Shown: piece by piece, positions 28,960 to 42,076 of the stretch
Numbering within the stretch: position 1 is the first letter of the stretch
How the letters are laid out: every line of letters starts with the position of its first letter
Source of the DNA: Camelus dromedarius
Taxonomy: Eukaryota
Length of the DNA: 64,000 bases
Assembly: GCF_036321535.1 (NCBI RefSeq)
Contig: NC_087436.1
Location: forward strand, 30,754,001 to 30,818,000
Direction of reading: 5' to 3'
Notes under the pieces: model-generated
What the model was told of the DNA's origin: nothing
Databases searched by the model: none
Seen by the model: only the letters and a program-made list of their open reading frames with translations
Position numbers and translations under genes: made by a program

Positions 28960-29390
28960 GGCTTTGTTTCTTTAGCTAAGAGAATCCATAATACAACTTA
29001 ATCAGTATAGATTTTATTTATGCTCACATAACATGCCAGAGGTGAGAGATCCAGGCTGGCAGCAGAGCTTGCCTTCAGAACCCATTCAGTGATCTGGATC
29101 TGTTCTCTCCTTTTGCTCTATCATGCTCTAAGAATGGCCCTCATTTACATGTTCAAGTGGGTTCAACCTATGTCATATTCCATCTCACTGGGCAGAAGGA
29201 AGAGAATGTAAAGATCAAGTCAATTTTCTTATAAGGAAATAAAAGAAAAAGTGCATACATCTTTGCCCATAACAACATTTAGTTGCAGGACCTAGTTGCA
29301 ATTGAGCCTGTGAAGAAATATGGTCTCTAGCAGGCAACTACATGCCCAGCTAAAACTTTAATAATATAAATGAAGGAAAAAATGGACTTG
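28960..29390 (-). mobile_element. MaLR LTR fragment (MLT1-type)
   Basis: aatacaacttaatcagtatagattttatttatgctcacataac...ccaggctggcagcag...tatggtctctagcaggcaactacatgcccagctaaaac. Confidence 0.5.
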
Positions 29391-30999
29391 GCTGAAAGCA
29401 TCATTCAGGAATCAGAACCACTCTGAGTACTTAAAAATAAAGATTTATAATAGAAATTGGACTTTATGCAATTGTAAGAGGAGGTAAGTCAGCAAAGGTC
29501 TAGAGTGGAAGTTAGAAGATCAGAAAAAAGCAAAATCAGCCCTCTTGGAGCCCATGCATGAGTAGACAGGTAGGACCCCAAAGGGAAACCTGGGACCATT
29601 AAGGACAGTTGGTGAAGAAGTAAATGGAAGATGTTCCCTCTGTGTGTCTATTGCTGCTGTAGCCCCACAGCCAAGTGTACAGCGGTGGGACACTTGGTAG
29701 CTGCTGGTCAGGAAGCTGGAGGAAGACCTGGAGACATAATAGAGGAAAGCAAAGACCAGTTTTGACCTACTGGCCACTTCAGCGTCTGTCTTTTATTGTG
29801 CTTACCTAAAGGACCATTAGGGATTCATGGCTGTTGTATCACTTTTGCCTCCTATATTTGTGCAATGTATACCTGAGTCCAACTCTGACACAGGGCTTTA
29901 TCTCTGATTTTTTGCCCTCAAATATTTAATCCTTAATAAGTTTCTTAAGAAAACAGGTAAGAAATGAGGCTGAGGAATTACATAAAACTCTTCTAAAATT
30001 GCTTGCAGTTTATTATAGGGATCTTAACAGTAAGCAAATGACAGTCGCCCCAACTGTCCTATATTTTCTCAAATTATGTGAAAACCCTATGCCTAGGTTC
30101 TATCTTCCTAATCAGTAAGGAAAGGTGGAAGAGAGAGCTAATGGGAGCTCTGAAAGGCCATTATCGGTTTATCATCAAGACTAACATTATCTTTCATCCT
30201 GCTACAGAGCTGGTATTAGCTTCACCTCCTTCCTATCAGCTATAGTGAAACAATTTCTAAATTAATCCTTCATCACTATTGCCATCACAGGTTCTGACCC
30301 TGTACCTGAGTTAGTAAAACAAATTTCCCTGGTTCTAATCCTTTCCTAACTTAGTCTGTTTTCATGGTGTCTCAAATATAATTTTTTAATAAATTAAATT
30401 TAATAAAAAATAAAGTTTTGTTTAAAAGGGAGGGCAGCTTGAAGAAAATTGTTAATCTCTATTTGTCACTTAAATTCTTTTAAAGTGACAGCAAGTGAGT
30501 GAAAAAATGTATAAAGCCACAACGAAAAAAGAGAACTTAAAGATGTGATAATGGCAAAGAGCTAAAAACAAAATGCTGGTATATGGCAACACATCAAAAT
30601 ATCGGTAGGTCAAAATCAAATAAAATGAGGTGATTTACTCAGCTGGAGAAAACAAAATCATACGAGGGGTGCAATAAGTAGTATAGTATTCGTTACTGTA
30701 GGGGTCCACCTTAAACCTAACATAATTAATTTTTTAAAAACCCCATACCAAACTATATCATAATGATATATATATAAGGACCATGTTTTTAAGTCCTTAA
30801 AGCCTCTAGTAGAGAGAAATACAGTTTATATACAGTGATATTTGACAGTATCAGAGGCAAAAGTAATCTTCCTTCAGTACAAAGACTAGGAAATCTGAAT
30901 GATTCAAACCTCCCACCATCAACAATGAAACCTAGAAAGTATGAAAAAATTTCTTCAGAACTCTAATAAAAAATGTCTTCCTACCTCTAATACTGTACC

Positions 31000-31880
31000 A
31001 AGGCAAACTGCAATTTAAAGTATGAGGTACTTTCTCATGCACTATTCTCAGAGGACACTGCAAAACAGGCCGAATAAAAACAAATGAAAAATACCAAGAG
31101 ATGCAATACTGGAGACAGGAGATCAAAAAGCAAGACACAGAGGGACTCAAGCTAGTTCTACACAGTATTGGTTTACACCTGTACTGAAGTAATTTTAATA
31201 ATATATGTTCACTTTCAAATGTGTCCTAGTTTGTATGATAAAATATAATGTCACAAAGGCATTACAATGAAAAGCTCAGGCAGTCCAAACTGGAGCAGAA
31301 AGTCAGACGACTTCAGGAAGGATGTCTCTCATGAGGGGGAAAAAAAAAAAGAGGAATCAATGTGTTACCCTTATGACAGAAGTTTTATAGTACTTTAGTT
31401 CAGTCAGAATGTTTGAAGCTAAATAAAATGATAGGTATAGAGTCTACGGAAAACTATAATACTTTCAAAAAAGATAAGACATATATATATAACTGGAGAA
31501 GTGATTCAGCTATAAATGCTAAGTACAGTTATACAATGTAAACATTAAATGACTACTGATTTTTAAACATTGTAAATTAATTACAGTGGGATTATTACAG
31601 GAGGAAGGATTTTATGTAAGAGCTTAATCTTCCTTTTCACTTTTATGAAGATATGAAAATTTATATTGAAAAATATAAATTAATAGCATGAATACAATAT
31701 TTAGAATTACTGAAGTAAGATTTTGGAAGAAAAATAAAAGGACAGAAGCGACTGACTCCAAGAAGCAGGACTCTGTGATAGGAAACAGTAGGGCAATAGA
31801 TCATTACTTCTCATTATTATCATTTTAAACTATGAATGGAGATTACTTTGATAAAAATAAATATTAAATTAAAAAACATG
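31000..31880 (+). mobile_element. HAL1-like 3' portion
   Basis: cagtccaaactggagcagaaagtcag..., ending ttttaaactatgaatggagattactttgataaaaataaatattaaattaaaaa, similar to the end of the element at ~13860-13900. Confidence 0.5.
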
Positions 31881-32156
31881 TTTTATGGGCCCACCCTTAA
31901 ATTAAGCTATCTCATTTGCAGACTGCTTTACCACATATTTATCATATTTATTAGACACTCTTTAAGAATAAATTGAAATGTCGTCCTTTCTTTGAGCTTG
32001 TTCTTAATCTTGTAGGCAATTAGTTTTATACTACTCTGTGCAGCCACAAGCATTGCTTGTAGTTTATTTTATTTTTTACATCTTGTAACTGCAAGATACA
32101 TGCATATGTAACACTGTCCCCTGCTACCCGGCCCCCTGGTTAATCTATTGACATAT

Positions 32157-32616
32157 TGTGTTAGTGTCCTGTTGCTCCTGTAACATACTGCCACACACTT
32201 GGTGATCTAAGCAACACAAATTTATTCTCTTATAGTTCTGGAGTCTAAAATTGGTCTCACTGGGCTACAGTAAGGTGTTAGCAGGAATGGTTACTTCTGG
32301 AAGCACTGAAGGAAGAATCCATTTCCTGCCTTTTTCAGTTTCTAGAGAGCCTTATATTTTTTGGTTAGTGGGTTGTGGTCCCTTTCTCAATTCTTCAATG
32401 GCAGTACTGTAGCATCTTCCAACTTCTTTCTCTTCTCTCTGTCTCTCATTTACACACACACACACATACAATACCTCTGTTTCCATCTTCACATCTCATT
32501 TTCTCACCCTCGTTCTCCTGTCTCCCTCTTGTTGGGTCCACTCAGATAATCCAGGATAATCTCCCCATATCAAGATCTTTAATTCAATCACATCTGCAGA
32601 GTCTCTTTGCCATGTT
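32157..32616 (-). mobile_element. MaLR LTR (MLT1C/D-like)
   Basis: tgtgttagtgtcctgttgctcctgtaaca...aatttattctcttatagttctggag...gataatccaggataatctccccatatcaagatctttaattcaatcacatctgcagagtc. Confidence 0.85.
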
Positions 32617-32619
32617 GGC

Positions 32620-33520
32620 CCACAGCTGTGGATATTCAGTTCTGTTTTTTTCACTCCCTGGTCTCTTTGCTTGTCAGTTTTGGAGGTTTGTATTGATAAA
32701 TCCTCTAGCTCCTTTCACAGCCATGTCAAGTCTATTAATAAGCCCATTGAAGGCAGTCTTCATTTCTGTTAACAGTGTTTTGGATCACTCGCATATCTTT
32801 TTGGTTCTTTCTTCGATTTCCATCTCTTTGCTTACATTGCCCACCTAGTCTTTACTTTATCCATTAGAGTTTTCAGCATATTAGTCACAGTTCTTTAAAA
32901 TTTTCCATCTAATCATTTCAACACCCTTGCCATGTCTGGTTCTGACACTAGCTTTGCCTCTTCAAATTGTGTTGGGTTTTTTTTCCCTTCTGGCATGCCT
33001 TGCAATTTTTTCTTGATAGCTGGACATGAAGTACTAAGTAAAAGCGACTGCTATAAATAGGCCTTTATTAATGTGGTGTTTAGGGGGTGGGAGGAAGCTT
33101 TCTATAGTTCAATGATGAGGCTTCAGTCTTTCAGCGAGCCTATGTCCCTAAACTACGAACTTCATACGTTTATCTCTGTTTTTTCCTCCCCCTTAAGTGG
33201 GAGACGCTGGCTAGACCTAACTGGATTCGGGTATTTCCCTTCTCCTAGGACAGTAAGGCTTTGATAATACCTCAGTAGGTTAGGGGCTGGTTATCTAGCT
33301 TCTCTTAATGGCAGCCCTTGTTAAGAAGAACAGACTGCTCTGGTATTTTTCAAACTTCTTCCTTTCTCTCCCCCTACCAGAGGCAAGAAGGCATGTTTCT
33401 CTGATATTTACTGTGAGAATCCAGTCAGGCTCCCAGAAGTAAATCTCACAAACTGTGAAGGCTTCCCTCTAACTGAGTCCTCCTGGAGTCTTTAACTCTC
33501 AGAGTTGCCCATGTTCACTT
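32620..33520 (-). mobile_element. Old L1M 5'/ORF1 region
   Basis: cagccatgtcaagtctattaataagcccattgaaggcagtcttcatttctgtta...ttccatctctttgcttacattgccca...ttttcttgatagctggacatga. Confidence 0.65.
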
Positions 33521-35299
33521 GTGGAAGTTTTTAACTCATGTCATCTTCAAAACACAGTTTGCTCTCAGAGGATTCTATAAAGTATGAGCTGAAGCATCAA
33601 GATTGGACATACAACAATTCCAAATCCCAATTCAACAAATACACCCACAATGTGACTGTAAAACAAGACTATCCTAGATAAGGCATATGAAAACTGTTTG
33701 AGAAGAGAGAAATAAGCTGATGCGGGTGGATTCTAATCCACAAAGAAAAACCTGTAATTAAAAATTCTTGATCTGGGCTCTCCAGATAGGTTTGAGGAGC
33801 TTCTGTGATCTCCCATACATCTTAAGCAAAATAGTGTGTATATTAACATTTTTCTAAGGGAAAGTATAGTTAATAGCCATCAAATATACAAATGGGCCTG
33901 AAATGCAAACAGACAATAAGCAAACAAAATTCCTATTTTTATAGGAAAAATAAGAGAAAAAGCTATCGCAAGACAAAAATCTGAGAGAAACTTTCTTCCC
34001 CCTTATGACTATACGTTCTGTTAACAATCAGATACACAAATCTGTGGATTTGTGTAAGGTAGAAAGGATAATGGTATAATTTTTTCAAATATTTAGTGTT
34101 TTGACTACACTGGGACTCACTGAATCTCAGAAGTATATCTCCTAGACACAGAAAACTCATTGTAGTAAGTTTATTGCTAGATCTCAAATTCTGTTTTTTT
34201 GCTGTCACTGATACAATTATTACTATAGCTCACAAACTTGAGTTGTTATTCACAGAAATTTTAAGATCTAAGTTTATTATGCTATTGCTCATACAAATAT
34301 ACAAAAATAATATATAATTACTACTGATTCAAAGTCTATTCCTATGCAAAAACTTGTGTTTATTGAAAACTATAACGCAAAGTTAAGTTATGCAGCTCTG
34401 CATTATGCTTCTTTAGTAACTGAGTGCTTTTTTTTTGCTTTTAGCTATAAATGTCTACATAAATTAGAATAATTTCTCTATATTTTATCCATAAATGCCT
34501 CCATAAAGTGTGACTAATGTTTTTAATGTGATATTATAATGTCAGTACAAAAAAGAATCCAAGCAAATTCTTGTAGAAGTAAAGAAAATAACTGCCAGAG
34601 CTTTTGTGGCAACCTCTCTTTTCATATTGTCTGAATAACACTTCTGATTCCCCAGCAATGCGTTTCCATGTTATCTGAAGTTACTCCTGTCTGTTCAAAG
34701 TACTTAACATTTTTTCTGAGTAGACTCTGTCTTCTAATTCTTTTATTGTATCTTTTGTGTCCTTTCCTTATTCTCTCCTTGAATTCTCACAGTGGTTTCA
34801 AATTCTTGACAGAGGAACTCTCAAGTTGTCTATAGGCTTGTATCTTCAGTGAAATTACAAAGCAGTTCAAAGTACAGAGATACAACACAGAGAAAAACTG
34901 TCCAAGGAGTACATCTGGCATAGAAATGTTGAATGCCTAAAGTAACTGCCTTGAATGGAAAAGTAAATGCACAAATCAGGTATCAGTGCAAGGAATTAAT
35001 TAATACTCAATTATTTCTAGAACATGTGAGAAGAGGGTGTTTAACTAAATTTACTTATAAAGTCTCAGAATCCACATTTTTTGATCTGATGAAGTATCTG
35101 CTAATTTTTGGAAAACCCAGCTTAACCCTACAGATAGGTTTCCAGTCCAATATACATGAATCTACTCAGTTAAGTCATAAATTATAATCAGTATGGAAAG
35201 TGGCCATATTGCATTTGCATATTGGTATACAATATGTACCAAACAAAAGTGGGGATTTTTAGGAGCTTAGAAAATTCATTTCAATTTCTGATTTCCATT

Positions 35300-36400
35300 C
35301 AGACTTACCAAATAAATACTTGATCTTAAGTTCAGATATAGCATAAGTACTACTCATTTCAAAACATGACCTAACTGAATTTTCTTTCTCTAAAAGCCTG
35401 TTTTTTCTTTGTAATCCCTACTGCAGATGGTGATATCCCCAATGATTTAGTCATTTAGGTCAGAAAATATGAATTACACTCTCTGCATCCTTTTCTCTGT
35501 TTGACTCTATTTCCAACAAATTAACAAATATCATTTCTTTATTTCTTTAATAGGTCACAAATCCACGTTCTTTTGGCCCTCTCACTGGCATTACCTTAAT
35601 CCACAATATTATGTCTCAGAAGGACTATTTTATTAGCTTTTTATCTGTTTCCCCAATCTCAAGCTTAAAATTCCCACTAAAAATTTTACAGTCAAATAGA
35701 CTGATTTACGAAATACATCTAATGGTATCATTTCAATACAAACACTTGATCTAGCTACCCATTCTTCTGTCACTAAAAACAAATAGCAAAAAAAAATAAA
35801 AATCTGTAGCTCATCTGTGTGTCACACATTGTTTAAACTCTAGGGTAAAAAAATAAAAAAGACAGACTTTCCTGCTCTCAAGATGTCCACATTTTAATAG
35901 CTTTCCATTGTGAATGGCCCCAAGTCAAGTTCCTTAGCATAACAAAGATTCTTCATGATCTATTCCTTTCTTTCTCTTAAGGATAATCTTTAGACTCATT
36001 GCAATGCTGATTTATTTATACGTCCAGGAAATCATACTGCCATTTGTTCATCTGTTTCTGAGTAAATTCTTCCTTCCATCCAAAATGCCCTCATCCTATT
36101 CTTGACTGTGTAATGACTGTTCTTTCTTTGTAGTGCTACTTAACTTTAAGCTTACTTAAAGCTTTTTCTGACCCTACTTTTCTAGAACATAGACTTCCTC
36201 TATACAACTTCTCTTTCTTAGACATAATTTTTATTGCATTTGGCAAAGTATTATTATTTGTTCTTTCTTAAATCTACCCTCCCTTATGGATGGTGAAAAA
36301 TCAGCTTAATTAGGAAAAATCTTGTCTTACATTTGAATCCACAACACTTGCCAAAGTGCCTACAACATTGAACACAGTTTAAATGTATGGATAAACTTCT
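35300..36400 (+). mobile_element. L2 3' region
   Basis: ctcatttcaaaacatgacctaactgaa...caagtcaagttccttagcat...ccttccatccaaaatgccctc...cttgccaaagtgcctacaacattg. Confidence 0.6.
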
Positions 36401-36684
36401 TGTGAAACTGAGATATTGTTCCAACTTCTTATTTCATTTAATTTCATTCAGCTTATGTAATACTTATGGAGAGCTTCTGATGTGCTCATAAATGTATTAA
36501 TTGTTCACTGTAGCCCAGGCAGATTGTGGTACAAATGGTCCTTTTATTCTAGTACCTTCTATTACAGCCAGAAAGAGCATGCTAAAAGTTTAAATAAATT
36601 GAGATTTCATAGAATTTTAAACTTCTTGGAAACATTCTACTCTATGGAAAACTTTTCATTAGAAAAAAAAAGCAACCTACCATT

Positions 36685-36800
36685 ATTTTGTAATAACTTT
36701 AAATGGAGTATAATCTATAAAGATATTGAATCACTATGCTATACACCTGAAACTAATATAATACTGCAAATCAACTATACATACATACATACATAAATAA
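36685..36800 (+). mobile_element. Severely 5'-truncated L1 3' terminus with (TACA)n/A tail
   Basis: aatggagtataatctataaagatattgaatcactatgctatacacctgaaactaatataatactgcaaatcaactatac, characteristic of laurasiatherian L1 3' ends. Confidence 0.8.
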
Positions 36801-38378
36801 ATTGCAAAGCTTGACATCATAGAATGTTCAAATATATTTCACATACTATTTTTCTTAATCTGGCATCATGATAAGAAATTATAAAAGCTTAATTAACAAG
36901 ATCAATATCAAAATATCAATATCATATATATTAAAATCAAAGAAGGTAGTCACAGAATTCTCGTGAAGTTTTATTAGTCAAAACCTGTTTACTCATAATA
37001 ACCATGGCAGCAATATTACTTTTCTCAAACTTGTATGTGAAATTTGGGAGGTAACTACCTTGATTTTCAGTCTCCTATGTTTCCTAAGCCTGCATAATAT
37101 GTTCTGAGCCTTCGGAGCATCTAGATATACTCTCAGCTCTTCCCATGCAGAACCACAATTTTTCTTTTCTACAGGCCTGTCCCTTGGTTGTTCTGTGTTT
37201 TGCTTCCAGCATCCAGGAGTTACATACCATGCAGATGATAATGTCAGTCTAGCTCCTCTCCACCAGGGACATTTATGGGGCCTTTTAGTCTCTGTGATAT
37301 CTCCAGAAGAATGGAGACTTTATTTTTACTAGTGTTTATGCTCTTGTTTTTATTTTCAATTGGCCCTGCAAAGACATATATATCCACTTTGTTATCCAAA
37401 CTCACAGCACTCTGTATTTCCTTCTGGTATTACTGGACTAGTAATATCTATGTCTTTCAAGGATTACATGGATTTCCTCCAGGGCCCTACTACATACGCT
37501 TGAGAAAGGATGATTGCTATTTGGAGACAATATTATTGCTAACCAGAGAGTAAAAGATCTTTATTTTATTTTTAATCTCCAAATTTATTCTATATTTTGT
37601 GACAGCCAAATCAGATTTAACCCCAATGACAGAGCTCTTCTTGGGGATAGTATAGTGTCTAGTGGATTTTAAATGTCAACGGAAAGTTCATCAGAATACT
37701 CTCTGACATGTTTCTTCAAGCACTGAATTTGGACAAAGGGTAAAGTCAATGTCAAATGTCTATTTTTTCAGACTTCATTCAAAACTAGGGCAGCAATGTA
37801 GACTGTGGCAAGAGATAGAGGAGACTAGAGGGCAAGGGATGCTTAAAGCATTTTTACTCAAGCACTTGGAAGTATGAGTTCATGGCTCTGTGCACCCTAA
37901 GAACCCCTCAGCTGTGCATTAATAACAGATTGTGCAGTGCTGAATTTCAGGATAAATCTTTATTCAGCTCACTAAAAACAGGGCTGCAAGCCAACTGAAA
38001 TTACAAGATGCCTGTCCAAAATCCAAGAACTTTCTGTATATCCAAGGAACAAAAATAACCTGAACACCAACTAATATTCTTGTCTTTGAAATAAGTTTCA
38101 TCAGCAGGCTGGGCCTGAAGAAAAGATAGTGGGAAGTAGGGTTGACTCCTATTTTTCAAATCATCCAGATAGATGTTGAACTTAAGGAACAAAATAGTAC
38201 AAAATGAAACAAAAGTTACACTTAAAGAAACTGCCCATTAAATATTTCTTGAATAGTCAGACTGAAGATGTTGGGCAAAAATTACTCCTGCTTCAGGGCA
38301 TACTATAGCCATCAAAACAATGACCACAGAAACACTGACTTCTCTGGGTCTCTCACCACAGAGTCAGCTTATTGTAAC

Positions 38379-38502
38379 TAAGATGACCTTGTATTCTAGT
38401 TTAGCCCAAACAAAGCCAGTTATACCAGTTGTCTTGGCACAACAGGCCCTCCTTCTTTTACAAAATGGCCACAGTTTGGATAATAATGCTATAATCTCTT
38501 TA
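38379..38502. mobile_element. MER81-like hAT-Blackjack MITE
   Basis: taagatgaccttgtattctagtttagcccaaacaaagccagttataccagttgtcttggcac...cagtttggataataa follows the recalled consensus TAGGGTGACCATACGTCCCGGTTTGCCCGGGACAG...CTGTTGTCCCGGCG. Confidence 0.45.
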
Positions 38503-38719
38503 ATTGTGACAGACATCCAGACTCGTTTACTATTTTCAAATGCAGGGTATCCACCAATGTCCCTTGATTTGCATCAGGATGTCAATGTTAATCTTTTATT
38601 GACATGTGAAGGACAACTCCAAAGATTAGAGAGGAAGAGTATCAGAGCCTTCTAATACACAGTAAACACAATATCCAGAACCTTCTGTGTGTGTTTTTTT
38701 AAATAAGCAAGAGCTCACT

Positions 38720-39180
38720 CACTCAATTATTCAACAAACATTTTATTATATTTGTAATAAGGAGGTTTTACATGGGTCCTGCAGGCACAAAGATTTAGGC
38801 AATGAACTGCTCCTGGAGTAACTATTTCTGGTGGAGGAGACTGATAAGGAAGTAAGCAATTACCTATAATATCATTGCTATGATTAAAGTTTGCACAACT
38901 TGCTTGCAATTGGAATATAGAGAAGAGGTACCTATTCTAATGTGAAAAGAAGGGAAAGGCCTTAGGGAAGGCTTCCCAAGGGAAACAACCCTGAGAGGAA
39001 AAGATAAGAATTAGCTAGGCACAAAAGTACAAGGTAGCCAGGAAAGACATTCCAGACAAAAGGACTAGCCAGTAAAAAGGCATCAAAATAAGGAAAAACT
39101 ACCAGAGGAGCTTACCTTGAGTAGTCAGAAATAGAGCAGGAGAGGTAAGCAAATTGCCCATCATGAACCCTGGATTAATG
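38720..39180 (-). mobile_element. L2 3' end
   Basis: actcaattattcaacaaacattttatta...ctgctcctggagtaactatttctggtggaggagac...cttagggaaggcttcccaag. Confidence 0.65.
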
Positions 39181-42043
39181 AACTTCCTTTGATTATAAAC
39201 AACAGCATCCAACCCTCTTACTTATGCAAAAGCAACAACAACAAAACTGATTTGAACCATCTGCTATATCTCTTAGAATCAAAGTAAAAGCAGAGGACCC
39301 AATCCTCAGAAAAACTTAAGGTGAAAGGATTTAAGGAGAGGTAAGAGGTAACCAGAACTAAAGAACACTCGGGGGGGGGGGTGTTCAATCACTTCAACTC
39401 TCTTCCATTCATTTTTCTTAATATCTAAATTTCCAAAAGGTAGAGTGTTTTCACTAGTATGAATCACGTGACCAACCTAGTTCCTGATTCCAAGGAGTCT
39501 GCATACCCTGTGGGAGGAACAACCACAAAACAAAAATCAACTTGCCTTTGCTGAGCAAGTGGGGATTAATGTGGGTCTGCTGAAAAATACAGATTCCCTC
39601 CTTTGGGGGTACAACATAAAATCTAGTTTACTATCTCATAGGATTTGCATCCCAAGACAGCCTGCCTTGCAAAAGGGGCAAGTCACAAAAGAAAATAAAA
39701 GCACTGTTACTCGTCAAGGGAGGAAACATGAAAACAGCAGATTCCTTCCTTTATGGACACATTACAAAGTTTAAATTTCTATCCCACAGGATGTGGGACA
39801 TAAAGGGGACACATGGCACCTTTGTGTTTCAGAAAGATCTTTGTTAATGGCAGAGTAGAAATATTCTGTAAGCTGTCTCGAGTAAACCAAGAACAAAGAT
39901 AGAACTGAGGATTCCTTAAAATATAAGTAAGAAGTATATGACAATGTATTCTCACAGACAAGATGCCATTTCTTCACATGTAAAAGTTATCTGTAAATGA
40001 ATTTCTTCAGATAAAACATATGGGTAGAGACACAGATATAAATATACATGTTATATGCACAAGTATACATATATTAACACATACATTACACACACATTCC
40101 ATTTCATTATGAGCCTGAGTAATCTTACATCATGAACAATTTTTCAAGTCTTGCATTTTAATTAATAAAAATGGAACAGAGATGACACAATAGGCAGTGT
40201 GATAAAATGTTGCCAAAAAGCTGTTTTAAAGACAATCATTTAGATATCTGCTAATCAAACTAGACCTGCATTCAAAAGCAATGTAAGCTAAAAAGCCAAG
40301 AGATGTGAAATATAATCAAGATGCCAAATTTTAAAGTCACTGTAGTTATAATAGTGAATCATATACACTATACTACCTTCTTATTTAAAACAAAAATAAA
40401 ACTACAAACTGTTTGTGTTTAAAAAATAAGAAAATCACATTTTGATAGGTAACCAAAAAAAAAATTAACTTTTTATTGCCTCTCAAAAAAGTAAATACAT
40501 TCAAATTGTCACAAAGTACAAACCAAAAGTTTTACAAAGTTAGGTAAAACATTCCTTCTGGTTGTTCAATCTGTTTTCTAAGTTAAAATGTATTACAATA
40601 CCTAAAAAAGGTCAAAATCATGATCATTATTTCCTATATTTCTCTTTTGTTCATGACATTCCTTTGAACATAACATAATCCGTGTCTTTTATCTCTTTAT
40701 GTCATTTTAAGGTAAAGGTAATTAGGGTTATGATATGTCAATGTAAAAAATAAAACATCTCCTAAATTTTTATATTAATTAATATATGAAATCTACTTCA
40801 GCAGTCAAATGGCTGATAAGTGCATAATCCTATTTGCTAAACTTTCTGAAGTTACTAGCTATTATATTTTGCTGGCTGTTTCATCATTTCTTGCTATATT
40901 TAAACTATATACATATAATATTTGTATATACAAAATACATACATATATTTTTAGTAGTCTCTTTCCCTCTTAAAATTTTCTGCTTATAAAACTGACACAC
41001 CCTTGGAGACCAGATAAGGTATGGTTGAATTATGCATCAAATTATTTTGAATAAGCTAACAAAATGAAAGAGGAAAGGAGAAGTGGGGTAAAATGTAGCC
41101 TTAAGAGTGAGAAGCATGACCACTGTTGTCTGTATAACATGTAGCACACTCATGCATATAAACAAGCCATTTTCAGGAATCACTCCATATAGCACACTGT
41201 TTTTTCACATTAGACCCTAAATCTTGACGACAGTAGTCACATGGAATTCATTTAGTTTATGGACTAATCTAAAAAGTTTCGGTGTCTCTGTAAAACTATA
41301 ATATGAGTAAGTTAAGAATCTTCACTCATGAAATGAGAACTAGGTCTACACTAATATGCAGTTATAAAAGATATAACTGTATGCAATAAACTACAAAAAT
41401 GCTTATCTGAATGTGGTTTGAGAGTGGTTTCTGGTTTGAATTGCTTCTGCTTTTCTTCTCTTCATATTGTCTCTTTCAGTCACATGTGACAACTGGTCCA
41501 GACTTCTCTAATTTTAGTTCTTTCTTATTACATATATATATTAAATAGTTTTAAACTTTAGTCTGCAATTTCTTAAAATTTGTTTTTAAAAGTTTCTCTT
41601 AATTTTATTGCTAAGTGAACTTTTCTTTATGCCAGAAAATGTCTGTCTGTACAATGTCTATTGCTGCTTACTTTTGATATAATATTAGAAAGACAATTTT
41701 ATTTTTCCTTGTTACCACTAGGACAATCCACCCCATCCTACTTCTTGGAATTAGATGTACATAAATTGAGTGAAGATTTTATAAGCTTCCTTTGATAAAA
41801 GGTGAATAAATAATAAGTATTTAATAATACTTTAATAAGCTTTCTTGAAGGCTGAGGCTGGATTTCTAGAAAGTGGTAGGTAGAAATAGTATTACAAGTT
41901 TGAGAATGAGTTAAATGCCTCTACATAAAAAAGGGGAGATTTTAGTGGCTGAAAATATAATGGAAAGTGGAGAGAGAGAAAGGCTCTGCTATTAGAAACC
42001 ACTGATACCATTTTTAGAAAGAAGAGTGATTTGATGTGAGAGT

Positions 42044-42076
42044 GAGAGAGAGAGAGAGAGAGGGAGAGAGAGAGAG
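42044..42076. repeat. (GA)n microsatellite
   Basis: Read directly; one interruption. Confidence 0.9.

Noticed and set aside
32375..32848. 157-aa ORF
   Set aside because: Spans an MLT1 LTR and antisense L1 junction, with low-complexity pyrimidine-rich codons.
34600..34800. Basic minus-strand peptide EFKERIRKGHKRYNKRIRRQ...
   Set aside because: Bounded by stops with no clear splice sites; likely reflects purine-rich composition.
38320..38655. 111-aa ATG ORF
   Set aside because: Runs through a MER81-like MITE and has no recognisable homology.
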